Assembly (NCBI RefSeq): GCF_964194025.1 | Contig: NC_134472.1 | Span: 59,582,001-59,646,000 of the forward strand | DNA: 64,000 nucleotides | Origin: Convolutriloba macropyga | Lineage: Eukaryota | Direction: 5' to 3' | Shown: positions 48,931 to 63,625 of the stretch, in pieces | How positions within the stretch are numbered: position 1 is the first letter of the stretch | Layout of the letters: every line of letters starts with the position of its first letter | Position numbers and translations under genes: made by a program | The notes under the pieces: model-generated | The model's database searches: none | Told to the model about the DNA's origin: nothing | The model's input: the letters and a program-made list of their open reading frames with translations, nothing else

Positions 48931-51112
48931 GTAAGGATCTATTTTTTATTCGAATGATTTTTTCCAGCTACTTCAGGAAATTTTATAATATTACCTAAAA
49001 GGGAAAGCCGTCGGCTGTTTCACATTTATATAAGACTTCATGATTGATCGGTCAAATGTAACTAATCCGTCATAATAATAAATTGCCGGAGTTCATATCA
49101 AATCTACCTATATAGAAGCTAACTTTCGTCGAAAAACATGCCAGTTGAAAACTCACAAATCTGTGGCATCTGTTCAACATTTTTGTACGTTTTAGATTAT
49201 TTTAGTTAAAATCAGAAAAACAAAAATCTCTAGAGCAAAATTTATCCACTCAACTTACCCACTGATAAATCAAAACAAGATGGCTCGTGCGAGTCTATGC
49301 CTTGCACAGTATGTGCCGACAGAACTGTCAAGGTTGCAAAAAACCATTAATTTCTGTCAGAGAAACCGCTGGGAGTATCGGAAGCAACTTACATGCATTG
49401 GAGAAAACAATTTGGACTGTTTGCAAGACGTGTAATTCAATAGCATAGAGTAATCAAATGTGGAACGAGGCCCGAAAATCTTTTAAAAAAACTATGATAT
49501 TTTTGCCATTAATAAAAAGCTTTATTGATCGGCTGAATGTTTCACCCAAGATTCAATTGTTAGGGATAAACTTGTAACGTCTATTCCACTATTGAGTTTC
49601 GGAGGTGTGACTCTAAGAGAGTAAGGTTCAAAATAATTCACAGTAATGACACTCGAATCTCCGCTCTTCTTATACTCTTCATTCTGTATGTAATGAAATA
49701 TTTGTTAGTAAAATCAGTCCAGACAATTCCTGGCCTACAATTCAAAGAAGTTTTCGTTGACTAAAAAAATAGACAAAAATTTTACTATGAATGGATTGGG
49801 GGAACCCTTTTGAAAAATCCTATCGTATGGACTGAAATAAACGGCTGAAAATACCTAAAATTTATGTTACTAATATATACTAAACACTTCATACATTATC
49901 ACTATATACATTGATTCCCCTGTCAGATCAGTCACTCACACAAAATGCGGCCGTCAGATCAGTCACTCGACCAAGTTCTTTTTTTCATTAACAATTGCCA
50001 TGTCCAGCTTTCAAACTATGTGAAAAAGTAGATTTCAACAACTATGTAAAAGCACCTAAATACGGAATAATAATGAAAAGTTAAAGTGAAAAAACAGACA
50101 GAATTCGGCAACATTATTTATAAATATCACTCATCTGTTTGCTACAAAAAACAACTCAAAAAAAATCGATTCAATTGAAAAAGCACCAACATTTGCTCCC
50201 CCAAATGCTATCAAAATTTTTGAAGAACACAAAAACTACTAAGAAAAAACGTAAAACAAGGCAAAGGGTCTGAAAAATAGCTGAAAATTGAATATAGAGG
50301 TGTACTAGTTAGTTCAGTTTCTAAAACGCACTCTTTCTAGTTCCAATAATTGAGAGTAACACTTTTGATTGGGATAATTGGAGTTAAAACTAAAAAACTG
50401 CCTTGAAAAAGCAACACGTGATCAAATATTTTTTTCCGCTCAGAGAAAGTCTTTTCACCTTTACGTTTTTTGCTCTCTCAAAAAAATGATATGATCAGAA
50501 AACCACTTTTCTTCTCTCGGTTCTTCAATTCGTTCAGCCGTTTGACCTAAACATCACTTGCGGCATTGACTTGCTCATCCATTTTTAAATACACTTCAAA
50601 AAACATCATTAAAAAATACAGTCCACAATACTCCTTTTCGAGTTAATTGTTAAAAAGACAGCGGCCCAATACAATTCAATTTTTTTGAATTGTAAAAAAA
50701 TGTTTTTCTTTCACATTTAAGACCTCAGTACACTTTTTTCTCTGAAAATCAAAATATCTTAACCTGGAAGAGCAGAATTTGGAGTCTCTAAATTTGAAGT
50801 TAATGGAAAGAGAACTAAGCAAGTAATATTTTGCCCGCTCTTTTCAGTGGCGTTTTCGCTGAAAAACATCGACCTGGGGGTTACATGATTGCTTTTAGAA
50901 ACATTATTGACTCATATTGGAGCTTTTTTGCCGCAATATTACTATTTTAATTAGATTCCTTTTTCTTTTTCCTGTTTCTAATTTGATACGCGCTTTCTGT
51001 TGCAATTGCATATTTGAGGTTTTCCGTAAAATTGAGGTCAACTCAAGGGCACACTTATTTGCACCCGGTTTGTAATGATGCTTGCTGGTCTCTCAGTTCA
51101 TTTGTATTTCAG

Positions 51113-52107
51113 GAACGCAGACGGAAGACCAGCTGAACCCCGATTATGACACAGTTTACGAGGGCGAAGAAGCCAATCAAGAACTCCTCAATCGCGACAA
51201 ACAAGAACAACAACAACAACAGCAAAAAGTGGAATCAACTCTTTGCTGTAACACCTGTCAGTGCTCTCCATCACGCGAACCAGCCCAAAATGCAGATAAA
51301 CCAACAATCCCTCCCCCACCTCCAATACGTCAGAACACATTGAGTCATCACTCGAACCCACAAGAAGTCATCAGGAAACATTTCTCAACATTTAGCCCTC
51401 AAACATACACCCCAGAGCAGTCCCCGTGCAACCGATTCAATCGAAGGTCATTTACGAATGAATTTTACGCTCTAAGTGCCCAAAATAAGTCTTCCAGCCC
51501 TACGATGGAAAGCCCGAAATACGACGTGAGTCAGTTGTTTAGTGATGACTACAACGCAACTTTGCGACCTCAAAAGCAATCAAATCCTTTCGTAATTCCC
51601 AATAAATTTTTGGACGATTTAAATATCGCTAACAACAATCCATTTTTATCAACTTTTGGACCGCAAGACGTATACGTTCCTAGACAAACTCAGAATTTAG
51701 ACACTGAAGCACTATATCAACATCAATATTCGAACGAACAAGCATTGCGAATCGAACAAAACATGCTAACTTTCACTAACGCGGCGCCCTCTACCGCAGT
51801 TTCCACTAAAAAGTCTGCAATTAATAACAATCCCTATTGCTCGCCAATGGTCGCACGCAGACTGCTTGCGCATCAAACGCAAAGTAGTCAACATAGTTTA
51901 GTAAGGACACGTTACGGAAGTTTGGACGATATAAATGAAACTTTAGAGCAGGATGACAGCCAATCAGATTCGACTGACTTTCGAATCGCAGAAACGATTA
52001 ATATAGGCAAAAATGATACCTTGACCAAAAAGATGAAATCCAAATGGAGAATGGTGAGACGAGCAATTACAAGGGGCTCCAGTATCAGGAAAAATTCAAA
52101 GAATTAA
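51113..52107 (+). CDS. Terminal exon of the same protein (poly-Q, PPPPP, NPF motifs)
   Basis: Phase-1 acceptor TTTCAG|G matches the preceding donor; open to TAA 52107. The three exons total 2319 nt (772 aa). Confidence 0.8.
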
Positions 52108-55100
52108 ATTTCAGGATTGTTCAATTGTTTATCATCAGCTATTGTCATGTTTCACTACTTCACTTGTTCTTTAGTATTGCAATTCATAGTTTAATTCAAA
52201 TTTGCAAACGTGTTTGTTTAAGTTGGAGAGCTTTTTGTGAAAAACGAAAAGTTCGAGAGCTTTCGAAAAGGGCAGTCCACGAAAAAGAGCTTTTTAGCAA
52301 AGAACATTAAAATTGACTGACTGAAAACAAAATTTGTAGGGCAAAATTTTGCAGTTTTCATTACACTGCTTGTGGTAATACAACAGAAGCTTACCAGTCT
52401 GAGGTTTGGCTTTAATTGCGCAGCTTGGCAGATAAGTACTGAAAAATTTCAAAGTTGCAAAAATTATTGATGATGTATCTAATACGAATGGATTCTTAGA
52501 TAAAATACAATTTGTAACACTCCCTATTTGAAGAGGAGTTTTGCAATTGATTACAAATGTCTAACCAGACATATAAAAATAACTTACTGTTAAATAGAAT
52601 TTTTCTACCGCCAAATCAAAAACAATGTGATTAATCAAACATGCATTCATAACCGCAGAACATGGAATTATAAGTAAGAACATGGCAAGTAAGATGATTT
52701 TGTCTCAACACCGGAAACAATAACAGAAAAATTTCCAGATCTCTACAACATCTTAGGTATGTTGTTAATCAAATTTAGTCTGAGAAATGCTTTAAGAAAA
52801 GTTTTTTGCGGAATTAAAATCATCCGGCGCCCCGTTCACAAGAAAACTACAACGGAAAAACCCATTATTTGCCGTAGGCACACATTTTAATCAAATGATG
52901 TAAATCCGCTGAAACACCAGCATAAACTGTGCTAAGCTGCATCTTAGGGCCAAACACCTCAATATGTGGTCAATGCATTTATGTCGCACCAGCATGGTGC
53001 TCAAAGGCGTGTTGCTTGTTTTAATTTGGTTGATCATTGTCTTTGTGCCGTTCTGTGGTTTTTAGCCTGAAGTAGTAGTAAACTGCCGATATATGATCTC
53101 TTTGAAAAGCGACTCTCGGGTGCGCCTGTACACGATTTTCTTTGCATGCCGCTCCCGACTTAACGATTTCCGTAGACAATTCTCGTATGATCTGGTCTCA
53201 CTTTACTATCAGCTCGCTGATCTTCGTATACATTGCGATTTTATTCGATCAGTCGATATACTACTAGCTCCAATAGCTCGCATACATCACTCTCACTATA
53301 CTACTAAGTAGACAATTTTTTCATATTGATTGTCAGAATTATATATGGTGATTGTAAAATACGTTAGAAACAACATTAAGATATATAAATAAAAAAACAT
53401 AATTTGGTTTAAAGATCTAGTTGTTTAAAAAAATAGATGGATAAACGCTAAATATCATCTGATATGTCAAAAGATATCAAGGAGGCTCGGTATTTTGAAC
53501 TCGGGCATAATGATCCGACAGCGCTTATCAACAAGTTTGGCTTTTTTGTTTACCAAATGAGAAAGAGGTAGAAAACTTTCAAAAAGTCCCATGTAAGGGA
53601 AAAAAAACTTCGACTCAAACAACATAATAATGAAAACAACATTTGTGGGCCGATGAGACCTGCCCATCAAATATTGAAAACCATTAGATCAATTTAAATA
53701 CCATAATGTTGGTTCATACCTCCAAATGAATACATTGAGACCTGTCATTTTCTAGAACCTGTCTTACGTCTACAAAAACACACGACAAATTCAGACGTTA
53801 AACAAAAATTCCATTGAATTTTTAAGGAAACCGTGTCGAAGCTGTTAAAGCCATAATCTTCACCAATTTCTTTTAAAATATAATCAATGGCGCCTTTGAA
53901 CAACAAAAATTTGGGCAACATGTAATAAAATATTAAAAAGGAGGAAAGCTGAACAAATCATTTGTTTTTTTTTCAGAAACAATTAATTTCAAATTCATGA
54001 AAACTATAGCTAGGAACAGAAATAATTTAGTATTTTCCCTTATTTATCAAAAATATGTCATTGAGATCTGTCATTATTCAGATTTAGTCATACGAAAACA
54101 AAAGGGAAAACAAACACATAAAAATCAAAAATTTTGAAATAATATTTTGCGAAATACCGATTACGAAGCCGTTAAAACAATAAGCAATGCACCAAAGACC
54201 TTCAATATGTTCAATTATGTTTTCGTCAATTCAAATGTGCAACTTGTAGTTAATGAAATTAGGAAACAAGAAAAAAGAAAAGAACAGCAGAGTGCACATT
54301 TAAAAATAAGTCTCTATATACTATTTTGAAAATTTTGACTTCAACGTCATGAAAAAATTTAGCTATCAACTGAATTCTGTATATTCATTCCTTTTTTTCA
54401 TTAAACGCCGCTAAGATCCGCAAATATCCAGATTTTTTCTTACGACTACAAACACAGCGGCAAATAAAGACAAAAATAAAAAACTATTTAAAATCTGCTA
54501 AAACATGGACTCAAAGCAGCAGTTGAAACCGTTATGTATTCCATGAAATACTAAACCGTGATGTGTTTAATTGTGCTTTGTTTTAAGGTGCAAACAGTGT
54601 GACATCTGAATTTTCAGTAATGTGAAAAGACACGAAAGAAACCTCAATGATGAGAAAATATCCGAAAACCATGATTTTTTTGTGAAAACTTCTTGTAGCA
54701 GAGATGAAAACCCAATAATTAAAACTGAAAACAGCAATAAACTTTGTATTTCAATCCGTTGGAAAGACTATGTGACTTTACTTTGTAGACATCAAATTAC
54801 ATATTGAGCAATAAAGGGACAAAAATTCGTAAAGCTCATTGATCCTTTGTTTACAAAAAAAGTCCATAAGCGACCATATGCGTTCTACTAAAAAATAGAT
54901 AGGTTCCCTTTTAACTTTTCAGGAAGCCCATTGGACCTGTCATTAAAACACTCTGATTCAAATTGCTCTGGCTTGTATTTAACGTGAAAAAAGGCAGAAA
55001 AAGCGAAGTTACTTTGAAAAACATCGACTGCTTACAGTCCAATTTTTTTTGAATTTTAAAAATCAACGATTAAAACGACACGACACCTGCAATTGCCGTC

Positions 55101-58100
55101 AGTTCATTAGCAGTTCGTAACTGTTTCAAATATTATTGACACAGATAACTTGACAAAAAAGTCAATTTATAAAAAATGATGCATTTAGCTTAATTATCGA
55201 ATTAGTTAGCACTTTGTGAACATTTTCGAAGTATACACAATTGAAAAAAGTTTTACACGGAGTTAACAAAGATTAAGTCAGCAGTTATTAAAAGTTGTAA
55301 TTTGGCGAAATTAAATAAAGGTTTAAAGAAGCTTACTTCGTGCTTCTTGTGATGGAAGAGGATTTTCTCAATTTTTAAAAAAAATCTGATTTTTTGGAAA
55401 TTTTAGCGAACATTTTAGTTTAAAAAAAAGATCGAACAACTAAACACTATTCAGTTGTTTTTAGAGATTCAACACTTTTGTTACAAATTGTAACATTTTT
55501 TTAAGCGAATTGCAAAAAATTTTGTAGAAATATGGAAAAAGTGAACATTTGATAGGTTGCTGTGCAAAAACCTTTATTTTGTATCTATTTCAATCCATTT
55601 CCATCCACTCAAAGTATAATATTTTGAGAAGATCTTTGGAGCAAACTTTATTTTTTACAGATTGGATCTTGTTTGCAAGTTTTCAACACACTCGTAAATT
55701 ATACCAAAAAATTCAACAAGCCAGGCTTGCCCATTTAAGAGCAAAATATATCAGTTCATTTATAAGCTTTCTCTCTTTTGGTTTTGAGATTGTTCTTTGG
55801 ATTGCTTTGGGCTTGGGTAAATGATTGTGTTTGCAATATTTGTTTCTCCAAAGGAAACTTGCACAAAAGTCTAAATCAATTTAGATGGCTCACGATTAGA
55901 TTTGATTCTCCAAACGCTGTATGAAAAGTAAAGTGCATTATTACAATCAGACCTTGAGACACATTCAAATAAGAATCCTGACGTGTCATGACTCTTTTCA
56001 CTAACACTAACAAACTGAATATTAACATGAATCGATGTTTAACTGTCCCCTACAAGTAAGGTTTTATAAGGAATTGATTTCCATATTTAAAATTATACCG
56101 AAGTTGATGGAAAGTTCTCCCGGAGTCCTCTTTCAGACAGAAATATTAAATTTGTGATTATGTTGGTTTCTAGATTTGTAGAGGTATTGAATAACTTAAA
56201 CACTCACGCTACCAAGAATTGTTTATTCTCAGTTTCGCTAGAGATGGCAACTCAGTTTTTTGTTTTTTGTTTCACTTAAAAGCCTGCCAATTCAAGTTTC
56301 TTAATTTCCTTATTCAATAAATAGTCTGATGAGTCTTGTCAAAAATTTTGGAAAGCGCCTAAATTACTTTATAGAGGTGAAATTTCTGTGTATTCTAAAT
56401 TTTAAAGTCTTCGTTGTCTTTCAGAACGTTTTTGAAATTTCCAAAGACTAAAGATAGTATTTAAGGTATCACTTTGGGACTAACTAATTGCTTTGATTTC
56501 AGCTATAATCGCAGTGTCAAACAATAAGAATCAAAAAGGCAGAATTGGTTCAAAACACGTTTTGGACAGAAGTACAAGTGTTGAACGACTGAACATTTTT
56601 TCTAAACTGTAAAAAAAACTGTAATTTGTGTAATCTTGCATTTTCCTCTATGCATTCTGCAAAAGAAAGAGTTTGGCTTAATTATACACACATCCACTCA
56701 TTTCATCGGTTTTGTATTCACTATTGAAAATTGTTCAGATTAACAGATTCCTGGGTTTTTCAGAGTTGATTCACTTTTGTCAAGATTAAATTTCAGCTGG
56801 ATTTTATCCATTCAGTCGCAAAATTTATGGAGACTTTGTTCTACCTTCTTTGTCCTTTGGAGAGCAGTATATTGGCGTATCATTGACGAACAGGTTTGTT
56901 GCTCATATTGCTCTTTTTAATTACAAGCGAAAGAACATTACAATAAATTAAAAAAAGTGCCAATATTTACACATGACGAACACCACTTTTAAGGGCTCCT
57001 GTTTTGAAATTAAAAATTCCTAAGCAAACAAACTGTTTTCCTTCATTTATTTTTGATTTCAAAGTTCCGCGAAATATGCATCAATTTTCAACTGCTTCTA
57101 GTTTCCTTGAGTATATCTAATCTTCAACAATATTAAAGTAATTACTGAGCTCAAGAAAAACACAATATAATGATTCATGATTGCTTATGTTATATAGCGT
57201 AACTTCTACCACTTGAACCTGAGTGATTGCTTTGATGGTACTTAGTCTATTTCTTAACCCGTACTTACTAGGACTTAGAAGTACTTATTTCCCAAAAACT
57301 GACATAACGCTCTCGAAAAAATTTTTTTCAAACTTTTTTTTAAGTACCGGCAAAAGAGATATTGGTAGTTGATTCGTTGTTTGTGTTCTTTTCGCAAGCG
57401 TGCTTTTGAAAGGTCTCACCTCGTCCATGTAGATTATTTCAAAACAATTGAAAACATGAGATCAAATCAACTGTTGAAAGCGATACATAAAGTGTCGCAT
57501 TTCGCAGGATTTACAGCATTTAGTATTACTTTATGTACTTTAATCACTTCAGCAGGTAGTTTCTTGTTCAAAACTTTGTTTGTTTCTTTTTCTTCTATGT
57601 GACAATTAAAGTACAATCATTACTTTTTTAAGCTTTTTTACCCATTAGTGATTGCTTATTTGTAACTAATATTGCTTTTTTCAAAGAATCGACAGTTTTA
57701 ACAATGAAGGTATTCTAACCATTGTAAGCTGCTAAAGCTCCCAAGGTTGAGACTGACAATGACCAAAAGTCTCCTTCACTACTTGCAGAAAATCATAACA
57801 GTACTACGGAAAAATGAAAATCTGAATATCTCTACCATCTGGGGAACAAATTAAATAACCTTGTTCAAATAACAGAACCTGACAATACATATAGTGTACA
57901 TCACCGATGACAACAACCTTCTTTCAACATGGCCTTTGAAATTTTTGTACAAAACATATAAGGGTTGAGAGATGAATTAAAGGCACATAAGGTACGCTGA
58001 GATAAATAAAAAAATTGAAGTGAATAGGCGATGAAATTGCAGCTCGGCGTTGACCACCGATTGGTCTAGAAGACCATTCGACGACTCCCGTTTTAATGTA

Positions 58101-59145
58101 CTCACTAATGTACAAATGTACAATTATAATGTACTCGCAAGAAAACTAGCAATATGATCGAGTAAAAGCCCTTGAATGCCTGTTTAGATAATAGATCAAA
58201 GTTTTCTACTAAAAAAAGACAAAAGACTGGTCTCAGTTCTCACTCAGTCCATCTCTTTTGAGTTTCGGACCAATGGTTGAATGCGTGCCGTGTTTGGGAA
58301 AAGAAATCCAGTTGTACTACTCATTTGATTACAAACCAAAAAGAAGGTTGCCGTGAAATCGAATTGCAGTTCCCATTAACGATTGCTTGAATCTCTTCGT
58401 AGTTTTTGAGTTTTTTCTGGTTTATTTAAATATGATATGGTTTTAACCGAAAAATGGTTTATGCCTAGTGAACATAAATAAAACTAACAGAAAAAAAATG
58501 AGTAATTATGGTTGTTGATCTTCACTATGCGATGGTGATATTAGCATTTTAAATACTTGCAGTAAAAGGTCACCGAGTTGACGTTTCGTCTTGTCTTAAC
58601 GCTGCCACCGTCACATAATGATGATCAGTAACCACAAACTATTGGGTGTGGGTTTTCTCAGATTTTTTCTTTCCAGATCGTGTTCTGGTCTGGTTTATTA
58701 TTTCCCCACAAAACGAACAGTGTGTTACCGCACGAATGATTTAAAGTTTTTTTTTCATTTTGGTGCTCATGTTAAACGTTCTGTTTACAGTAACTTCATT
58801 ATCAACTATGATAAAGTTAATGAAGAGTGCTCTCGGCCGTTTTTGCTTTTTCTCCAATTGCTCAATTTATTTACAGTAGTTTTATTGTTGTTTGGATCAC
58901 CTCTGTTTTGTTGTCTTAATGAATGTGTTCTTTTTGAAGGGTTCGTAAAACTTGACTTTTGCAGGGCCAGTTTTATTTAAATCATCAAGGTTTAGCTGCA
59001 AAAGCTCAACATATCTTCTCAAATTAGAATAATATAATGATCTTGTGCCTGAGAAGTCCAAATAAAGTTTAAAAACAAGCAATGTATGTTAAAGATGAGA
59101 TATCATATATTAAACGCTGCGCACACCTCTACTTTTTACGGACCC

Positions 59146-61045
59146 AAAAGCTGGTGGGACAATAAAAACCCCTCTCACCCTGGTGGCCAAATTAAACACT
59201 TCCACAAACCACATCAAAATAAAAATTTTCATTTATTGTTCTTTTTCGGAGCAGTTAAGTTTCATATAACGGAAATGGGGATTCTGAAGCTGATATAAAA
59301 AAAATTTCAACGGTTCTAGATAAGATAGCTGGTACATACAGAATGTCAGTGTAGGCCATAGGATTCCATCAAAGATGTTGAAATTTTTGAAGAGTTCAAT
59401 TCTAAAAAGACGTACTCAAACAAAAGACAGACGTCAGCTGAAAACTTCCCAGCGCAGGTAATTCAATTAGAAGTAAACCTACCGAGCAAAGTCGATATGC
59501 ATTCGTATTACAACAGAATCAACGATCTGAAAAAAGTATTTGAAGATACTGCTCTTTAAAAAATTGACGACCCAGAGTTACAAGAAAAAGAAGAGAACGA
59601 ACGATTGAGTGCAGTGAAACCAAATTATTCATTTGTGGTTCCTTGGATAAATAGATTGGTCATTTTCTCAATTTTCTCTTTGCTCGTAGTGTCTTTCATA
59701 TTACAAAGGGTCAAAGATTTGAATTCCAAGACATTAATTAAGAACTAATTCGTTCAATAACGACAACAACCAACGAAACAACCAGATCTCCAAAATTGTA
59801 ACCACCAAACAAGCGAAAAACAACTAGAACTTGCCTGTTTTTTCAACAATTTGCCTAAAATCTGATTTTGCTGGTTTCGACAAAAACTATATTGAAGTCC
59901 AAATTAAAATTGAGAAAAATTCTACTCCTTTGTGGTAACGATGGCGCTGGAAAAAAAGACTTTATGTCTGTAGATATTGAATCGCCTTAAAACGCAGCTC
60001 TTCAAAGAGTTACACTAGAAAATCTCGAAGTATTTGCTTAAAGTGTAGGGCAAACTGACATATCTTTAGATAACACGAGAAAGGGGATAAAAGCGACAAC
60101 CTTTATCGTCTTCGTAGCAGGGATAAAAAATTTCACCACTTGTTTTGCGATATGACTGCCATATCATCTTAGAACAAACCTTTTGCAATGTTCGTTCCAA
60201 GCGCAAGCAGTTTACAGAAGGGAAAAGAGCTATTCCATCCGAACGACAAGAATAGTGTGAAATTTTTATTGGTTAAAATGACAACTTCATAAAAACTCTT
60301 GGTCTCAACAGGCAGCTTGAAACTGATCATTTAGTTCAAAAGAACCCAAAAGAGAGGAAACTGCAGTTACAGTTGACAATTCCGAACACCATAGCTACTC
60401 GTTGCTCGTTGTCTGTTATATAATTTAGAGAAATTTCGAAAAACAGAACTTACCAAAATAAGTGCTTCATTTTGGCAACGAAAAAAGAAGTGAACGCAAC
60501 CTTCTTAACTCTCGCATGAATAGTCTTTGCCTTTCCTCTGATATTAGCAGTCAGCTTTGACAACGAAAAAAAATGAAGTCAACCTTCTAGAATTTCCGCC
60601 GGATAACCACTGCGTGACCACATTTTGCGCAATTTTTTTCTGGGTTAGCGCAGAAAAAAATTTAGAAACTCAGAGACAAACGTCACCAATCAAAAACTGG
60701 GTGTCCAATGGTTCAATTGCACTAAAACAGCGTCTAGCAGCAAAATCTGGTTGGACAATAAATAACCTCTTTCACCCTGGTGGCCAAATTGAACATTTCC
60801 ACAAACCACAGCAAAATATAAATGTTAACTTATTGTTCTTTTTCGGAGCAGTGAAATTTCATTTAACAGAAATGGGGATTCTGAAGCTGATATAAAAAAA
60901 GTTTACACTGTTCTGGATAAGATAGCTGGTACATGCAGAATGTCTGCCGTAGGATTACGCCCCTGATGTTGAAATTTTGGAAGAGCTCAATTCTAAAAAG
61001 ACGTACTCAAACAAAAGACAGACGTCAGTTGAAAACTTCCCAACG
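59146..61045 (+). repeat. ~300-bp dispersed direct repeat pair (~59146-59453 and ~60743-61045)
   Basis: Shared TCACCCTGGTGGCCAAATT ... GAAATGGGGATTCTGAAGCTGATATAAAAAA ... GACGTACTCAAACAAAAGACAGACGTCAG. Confidence 0.85.
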
Positions 61046-61065
61046 TTGACTGCCGGTGTTGACTG

Positions 61066-61380
61066 CCCAGGTTTTGGTGCCATCTGGATGTGACCTCTGA
61101 TCTGACCGTGCCAGGTTAAATTAACCTCTGCTCAGACCATCCCAGATCAAAGTATCCTCTGATCAGACTAAAGTGAGCTCGAAACACCGTGTGCGCTCGA
61201 AGTGCGCCCGAAACTGGCTCTGATCAGACCATTCCAGAGAGAAAGAACTTCTGATCAAACCATTGTCTCGACGATTGTGCGACCATGGCACAGACCAAAC
61301 CCAGACCATCGTCCAGACGACTTTGCAATCAAAATCACTTCTGATCAGACTCAATTTCGCTCGAAATAGTCTGATCAGTG
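61066..61380. mobile_element. Truncated relative of the 42682-43943 element
   Basis: Begins CCCAGGTT and carries TCTGATCAGA / GCGCTCGAA motifs. Confidence 0.55.
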
Positions 61381-62504
61381 AAAAGTTGACTGGTATTTGT
61401 CCGATACCACTTCCTTCATGCGATTGCGCCTTATAAACAGAGGCGTACGTTTTCTCAATTTTCTCACATGTTTTATTCATAGCGATATTAATTCTAGTGC
61501 GGGCCAGCTATTTCAATTTAGCTTTTATATATTGAAATTTTTCCGTTATGTTTAGCTCTTTTTACTCTAGAAATCAGTTGACATCTGATGAAGTTTTCGC
61601 GTTCAATTTTGTAGACTCAGTTGTTGCACAGCATCAACGAATGCACTCTCAGCTCACAAATGCCGTTCATCGCAACCGTGGAGAGAGCAGTGATTTCTAC
61701 TGTTAGGATTGCACGAGACACAATGGTACGTATTCTCGGTCGCCGGGCTGTTTTAATGGCACCTTCGACATTTTGTTCCCATAACTGATTGAACTTTAGC
61801 TCATGAGGGCATCGTTGCTCAATCAATCAAGGAATCGAACAGGCTGGGATAGTTTTGAGAGATTGTAACTGAGGATAACTCTGCAAAAAAGACGGCTGGA
61901 GTTGCAACAAGTCATTGACTGTACAGTGGCACCTTTGAAACGTCAATGAGGAATTGGAATAGCGACCTACCAATGATTCTCATACTCGAGCATCGCACTG
62001 GCAGTTGTCACTTTGGTATTTCCCGCCTCGTTCAGTTCAGTTTTTAAATAAAGACTTTAACATTCAATCGGTTCTTGATTTTTTCAGACCGTTGTTGTTC
62101 GGGTGTGTCTTATCACTGCAGAAATAGCGCTTTCCTGCAAGAAAACTTCTGGCGCTAAGTATTTCCATTCGACTGCCGGCTTGAACCTCGGGGGCTTAAT
62201 CTCCATCATCGCCTGCAGGATGACTTTTTCGCTCTCAACTATTTTCGTTTTGTTCAGTTATTTCCCGGACAAAAACGCTGCACTTGTTCTCTCAGAAATG
62301 AACTCAACTAACTGAATAAGGTCTTTGGCAACCGTTTTTTGGGACTTGGTAGACGGCTGAACCCGTTGAAAAGGTGTTACCACAGATGAAAATGACTATT
62401 ACTTCAAAGGTACCTTCAACACGGATGAACTTTGAGGTTGTAGGCGTGCTCTGGTTAGAGACCAGATGTTGAAGTTCCCCGCCTCCAGATTCCTCGACTA
62501 GGAG

Positions 62505-63625
62505 TCAGCGCAAAAGAACTTCGTAGGCGCTGACTTGAAGATAAGGAATCATGATATCCGCACCCATGCAACAAAAACTTACATCAAAAATGCTCCCAAT
62601 GGAAGCCCTCCAAACAAGTTTTGAATTACTACAAACATGAAACTGTTTAACGAGGTCTCATCAAGAACTAGGTGTTATCATACCTTAGCCCTCCTTTGCT
62701 GAGTTGGAAATTTATTTTCAATATAGGTCAATTTAGCCACCCTTTGCCTTAGTCATATCTGGAGATTGTGCATCTTTTTCATTGATGAGAGCTTTCAATG
62801 AGACTTTTTTTCGACGACACAGTTTTGAATCAGATGTTCTGTGTAGAGATCAAATGTTCAAGTTGAACGACTCCGCGAAAGAACTTCGTCGGCTCTGACT
62901 AAAAGCTACGGGAATTGCGATCTCCGCACAAATGATAATAAAATATTCATCTAAAACATTGCCATTGGAGGCCCTCCACACATGTTTTGAATCATTAAGA
63001 ACTTGAATTTATTTAACAAGATCTAAGCTGTATTGCATAACTTAGCACTTGCTTACAATACAGGTGCCTTTATCTAGCATGATAATTCCTTTTCCTTAGT
63101 CAAATCTGGAGATTGTTGCCTCTTTTTCATTGCTGAGAGCTCACAATTAGATTTTTTGAGCTTGGAACTGTTCCTGTTATTCCAGATCTATTTTTTTCGA
63201 ACTCTCATTGTTTTTTTGCGCTCCCGTCATACTAATTATATATTGTCATAAATCACATTACTATGTTAGAATATAGCGCGTGCTCCGCTGGGAAGTGAAA
63301 TTGATAGCCAACCAAGCTGGAGAGGCAAAACAGAATAGATCGGTTTTTCCTTTCGGATTCTGAAAGTTTTTTGCTGTCAAAATTCTTCTTCTACCGAGTT
63401 CTGATTGAAAGCGAGTGAAATGAAAACTTGCGTCTAAAATCCTTCCATATGAGGCTCTCCAAACATTCTGAATCAATTAAAAGTGAAACTAATTAACGAG
63501 ATTTCATCAAGATCTAGGGGTTATGTCAAACTTTAGCCCTTACATGCTCAGTAGGAAGTATATTTTCACTATAAATGCATTTAGCCAGCATGATACTCCA
63601 TTTGCCTTAGTCAAACCTGGAGAAT
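62505..63625 (+). repeat. Degenerate ~365-bp tandem repeats
   Basis: AAAGAACTTCGT at ~62513 and ~62878; CCTTAGTCA(T/A)ATCTGGAGA at ~62747, ~63094 and ~63605. Confidence 0.65.

Noticed and set aside
59086-60895. Paralogous small ORFs ending EMGILKLI
   Set aside because: Shared only through a 300-bp repeat; the starts are unrelated and there is no coding signature.
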